IMG/VR virus record: IMGVR_UViG_3300035228_001973
Location: 55,042-119,041 of that record
DNA length: 64,000 nt
DNA from: a virus
Lineage: Duplodnaviria; Caudoviricetes
Strand: one strand, 5' to 3'
Part shown: in pieces, positions 60,344 to 64,000 of the stretch
Layout of the letters: the number at the start of each line of letters is the position of its first letter
How positions within the stretch are numbered: the first letter of the stretch is position 1
Notes under the pieces: generated by a model
Databases searched by the model: none
What the model was told of the DNA's origin: nothing
The model's input: only the letters and a program-made list of their open reading frames with translations
Made by a program: the position numbers and the translations under genes

Positions 60344-63309
60344 TAGCTACAATTGATTTTTACATTTACACCAACGTTTACTGTTAGAGTTTTATTTGTG
60401 AATTCAGGGTCACATCCTGTATTACTTACTGTCAAAATATTATTACTGTCTATAGTATAGTTTAAACCACTTTGATATAAATACTGTAACTTATCATTCA
60501 ACGCATTAATCCACATGTTAAATGTTGGGTAATCTTGTGCACCATATCCCGTATAAAATATCTCCTGTACTAAGACTGTAGAGTCTAATCTTACATCAAC
60601 ATACCAGTCACTAATTAAAGTATTTTGTATACAATTATTAATAGTGTACCCCGATTTATTAATACAACTATTAACACTATTATTTAATATCGTAGGTATA
60701 GAACTTATATTAACATCACACGTTAGTGTTTCGTCAATACAATCATTATCGAATAACTGGCCATAATATACACATGGGATACAGTCAATAGGAATAAGTT
60801 GACAACCTCTCTGTCTTCTCCAAACATGTTTTTGTCTTTGTAAGACATTGTTTACCATTTTTTGACCACCCATCCATATTGTAGAGGCCGGAATCATCTG
60901 TTCAACTAATTTTGTCCAATAATCACCAATACCTAAAGTAAAATCAATCATCTTCTGATAAGTGTATTGATTTGAAGGTATATTTACCGCCGATTCCGAT
61001 TGTAAATATTTCCAATATATGGACTGTAATGTTGGGTAACTGTTGGCAGCCCCATCACTAATAGTCTGTCTGTTTCGTACATTTATTAATGTATTATAAA
61101 ACGTTTGAGCGAACTCGAAAAATGTTTTTTCCTGTGGTAGTGGATTAATAACGGTCCAATCTTTACCTCCAGGGTACGGATAAGGCGATGTTAAACCTGA
61201 TGATGGAAATGGATATCCATAACGTCTAGACATTCTCCATATATCGTAGGTTATACCTTGTGCCATGTTTAAATATAATTCAACATTTTTAGCGTTAAGT
61301 ACTAATTTTTCGTCAAACACCTCATAATATGCGTTATACGCACCATCACGATTTCTCCTAATACCCGTTTCAGTATTATCCCATGATTTATTATTATCAA
61401 TAGTTCTAGTTAACCCAAAACCAATATCCATATATGGGAACTTTCTAAATCTATCAAAATACTTTTGACCATACGTGAAAGTCTCTAAAGATGTTTGTAT
61501 ACTAGGGTTAGCCCCTGTAAATGTAGAGTTAGTGATATCAAGTTTTTCAATCGCTCTATGGTCAGGTGTCTCAATATACCAACCAGCACCTTTTTCAAAG
61601 AAATATTCATTATTTGTTACAGGTCTCCTTGGGTAACCATATTCATTCATAGGGTAATCCCCTCTTGTGGCGTCTGTTTGACTAACATATTTTGATGTGG
61701 TAAATCCAGTATAAGATACTCCTTGTATATTATAAACTACATTAGGGTCTAAAGCGGGTACGTCATCTACTTTTGTACCACCTGACATTTTTAAGTACTC
61801 ACCTTCAAACCTTTTTACATTTATTGGGCCGTCAGCAATGTATACTATTTCATTGAATTCAATTAAATCTTTAGGTGCCCCTACCATCCTCATAATCGCC
61901 TCAATAGAATGTCTCGTTCCTTTTGATTTAAATAGGTAAGCTGAATTTAGTATCAAATTTCTATAAAATTGAAAATTTAACTGATTCGGTGTCGGGTCAT
62001 TTTGAAAACCAGGATATATAGATTTATTTTTAGTTCCAAATATTGATGTTAAGAAATCTTCGTTAGTAATTGGTGATATATTAGTATTCCAACCTAAAGT
62101 TTGTGCTAAATTTTGTAATAATTCTGAAGGTATATCATTTTGAGGGGTATAATGAACTGAATTCATAAAAGATAATGCGTCTATGAATTTTTTAGACTCA
62201 TCAAAACTCCTACCGTATAATTGTAAAACTTTTTCAACTTTTTTATCTCCTGTATCAAAGTCTTTAAAGGCACCTGTAGTTAAAAATCTAACTATTAAAT
62301 CAGTTTTATATCTATCTATTACTTCACCAATTTCACTAACCTGTGTTAAGTAATTGTCAAATCTTATTGTTGATATATCTAAATTCCACACCCCTAATTT
62401 AGGCCATGTTACTCTTTTTTTACGTTTTACAAATTGTCCGTCATCGGTCTCTTCAACCATATCAAATATAGCAGTATACGGTGGATTACTAAATCTATTT
62501 AGTAAAAAATCCTCAATTTCATCAAAATCTTCTTTAAATGTAAATTCAGTATTAAATGATGTAGGTCTTAATATTAGCGTATCTGTTGATGCGGTTAATC
62601 CACTAAATGGGTTACCTTTTACACTTACAGTAATTGTACCCGCAGAAACATTTTGAGACGCCATAAAATTAACAAATGGGTACTCAGTTTCCATATCATT
62701 AACATACAAAGCATATTTGTTGTAATTGGTATTCATATCCCTTAATGGGCTCGTTGGATATGGTCTTACTGATACATTACGAGCAGCATTTACTGAATAA
62801 TCTATATCAAACGGATTATCAAATCTAGTGACATCCATAGTAAATGTCGTAATTTGTTCGACACTATCAAATGTTATATTATTTGCGGTATTAGCCGTAG
62901 AATATGATGGTAACGAAACTTTATTTACTTGTATTGATGCTGGAAAAAAATTAATTATTTTAGTTATAGATGTAGATAGTCTTTTCTGTAATGACCCATA
63001 AAGAGCGTAATTAGTAACCTGACTTATATCATAATTTGGATAAACTCTATAATTTTTTATTGCAATCGCCTTAGACTCTTCAATACTACCAACATCGAGG
63101 TCGTTTAAAGATATGGGATTACTAAAAACACCCGTTTCAAATGTTCTATTAACTTTCTCAACAATATTTGTAGAAAATTCAAAATTACCCTGTGTTAATC
63201 CACCACCTGCAACCACCTGCAACCCAACTAAGTCAGGTGAAAATGATTGGTCAGCACTTGGAGGTGCTGGAGGATAAAAAAACTTCTTTTTATTGTTGTT
63301 TGTCGCCAT
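60343..63309 (-). CDS. Putative baseplate/tail structural protein
   Basis: 988 aa; LLQNLAQTLGW...AYLFKSKGTRHSIEAIMRMVG resembles baseplate-wedge (P2 gpI-like) motifs. Confidence 0.6.
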   Translation of the reverse strand: MATNNNKKKFFYPPAPPSADQSFSPDLVGLQVVAGGGLTQGNFEFSTNIVEKVNRTFETGVFSNPISLNDLDVGSIEESKAIAIKNYRVYPNYDISQVTNYALYGSLQKRLSTSITKIINFFPASIQVNKVSLPSYSTANTANNITFDSVEQITTFTMDVTRFDNPFDIDYSVNAARNVSVRPYPTSPLRDMNTNYNKYALYVNDMETEYPFVNFMASQNVSAGTITVSVKGNPFSGLTASTDTLILRPTSFNTEFTFKEDFDEIEDFLLNRFSNPPYTAIFDMVEETDDGQFVKRKKRVTWPKLGVWNLDISTIRFDNYLTQVSEIGEVIDRYKTDLIVRFLTTGAFKDFDTGDKKVEKVLQLYGRSFDESKKFIDALSFMNSVHYTPQNDIPSELLQNLAQTLGWNTNISPITNEDFLTSIFGTKNKSIYPGFQNDPTPNQLNFQFYRNLILNSAYLFKSKGTRHSIEAIMRMVGAPKDLIEFNEIVYIADGPINVKRFEGEYLKMSGGTKVDDVPALDPNVVYNIQGVSYTGFTTSKYVSQTDATRGDYPMNEYGYPRRPVTNNEYFFEKGAGWYIETPDHRAIEKLDITNSTFTGANPSIQTSLETFTYGQKYFDRFRKFPYMDIGFGLTRTIDNNKSWDNTETGIRRNRDGAYNAYYEVFDEKLVLNAKNVELYLNMAQGITYDIWRMSRRYGYPFPSSGLTSPYPYPGGKDWTVINPLPQEKTFFEFAQTFYNTLINVRNRQTISDGAANSYPTLQSIYWKYLQSESAVNIPSNQYTYQKMIDFTLGIGDYWTKLVEQMIPASTIWMGGQKMVNNVLQRQKHVWRRQRGCQLIPIDCIPCVYYGQLFDNDCIDETLTCDVNISSIPTILNNSVNSCINKSGYTINNCIQNTLISDWYVDVRLDSTVLVQEIFYTGYGAQDYPTFNMWINALNDKLQYLYQSGLNYTIDSNNILTVSNTGCDPEFTNKTLTVNVGVNVKINCS

Positions 63310-63311
63310 TT

Positions 63312-64000
63312 TTAGTTGGTTATGTTATTGAAATTTTTACTGAAATCTATGTTGTCGTCCCTATCTTGTCTAACCTCATATAATAAATCGTTAAATTCAT
63401 CTCTAATCTCATATAAGTTATATTGTTTGTATATATTAAGATTACTATCATACATAGTATAAATTCCGTCTTCCATACTTTTTGTTTGATTACCGTAAAG
63501 CGCAATTGCTAACGTATCAATATCATGTTCAGCCAATTCAATATCCATACTAATTGGATTAAAGAATGTGTTAGTCATAACAATATTTTGATTAGGTTGC
63601 CCAATAAATGGTGTTGCATTCGCCTTATTAGAAGGTGCACTTGAAGGTGATACCGTACAAAATATTAAATCACTTCCCCCGTCAACATATCTATATCTTA
63701 TCGCCTTTTGAGAACTATTACTTAAATTAGTTACTACTGGTTCACAATAAAATGCTGATGTAACAACTCTATAAAAATTAGGTATCTTAGTACCGTCACT
63801 ATTTAAATATTCAATACGGTAACCAATTAGTCCTTGATTGATAAATCTATTTCGGTACTCTTGTGGTACCCCATTTAAGTCGATGATTATACCCTTAACA
63901 TTGGGTAATGATGATAATACACCACAATCTGTAATAGTGGTTCTTATTTCTACAGGTCTTATATATAATGTATATATACCTATTTTATTAAATTCTTCAG
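63312..64000 (-). CDS. Putative structural protein, 5' end outside the window
   Basis: The frame of track ORF 63312..63578 continues upstream (...IFCTVSPSSAPSNKANATPFIGQPNQNIVMTNTFFNP) to the window edge. Confidence 0.7.
   Translation of the reverse strand, partial: EEFNKIGIYTLYIRPVEIRTTITDCGVLSSLPNVKGIIIDLNGVPQEYRNRFINQGLIGYRIEYLNSDGTKIPNFYRVVTSAFYCEPVVTNLSNSSQKAIRYRYVDGGSDLIFCTVSPSSAPSNKANATPFIGQPNQNIVMTNTFFNPISMDIELAEHDIDTLAIALYGNQTKSMEDGIYTMYDSNLNIYKQYNLYEIRDEFNDLLYEVRQDRDDNIDFSKNFNNITN

Noticed and set aside
1-64000. Stop-codon reassignment, as in some huge phages
   Set aside because: Long conserved genes are intact in the standard code, and TAG, TGA and TAA all end genes at sensible positions.
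1-64000. tRNA or rRNA genes
   Set aside because: Intergenic gaps are short and AT-rich, and I recognised no cloverleaf or rRNA-like sequence; a tRNA scan was not run.

Overview
AT-rich (roughly 30% GC by eye), gene-dense segment of a large tailed-phage genome (jumbo/huge phage type), read in the standard genetic code and mostly on the minus strand. The host is most likely a Bacteroidota. Support: two exact TTTG-N19-TAnnTTTG promoters, a short Bacteroidota-type sigma70, an Hc1-like histone-like protein, SprB-type repeats, and A-rich translation starts without Shine-Dalgarno motifs. From 1 to 28 kb: Dam-family methylase, DnaJ, acidic putative head proteins, a candidate lysis module, sigma factor, EF-hand protein, nucleotide and sugar enzymes (epimerase, RmlB, dCMP deaminase, PNK-type phosphatase), Rad50/Mre11-like nuclease, mini-CorA, cysteine synthase, two PLOD-like 2OG-Fe(II) oxygenases, exonuclease, primase and RuvC-like resolvase. 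From 28 to 64 kb: probable virion genes, several giant, Cys-rich and carrying mucin-like (PTNT/PTLT)n tracts of 700-800 aa. In their midst sits a four-gene glycosylation operon led by a GT60-family (polypeptide alpha-GlcNAc transferase-like) enzyme. The best candidate for an undescribed system is phage-encoded mucin-type O-glycosylation of virion appendages. Also notable: an N-terminal cleavage-only Hint domain, a recurrent TATTTATA putative late promoter, paired 5'-UTR hairpins, and strong apparent GATC avoidance. All family assignments come from motif recognition by eye; no database search was run.
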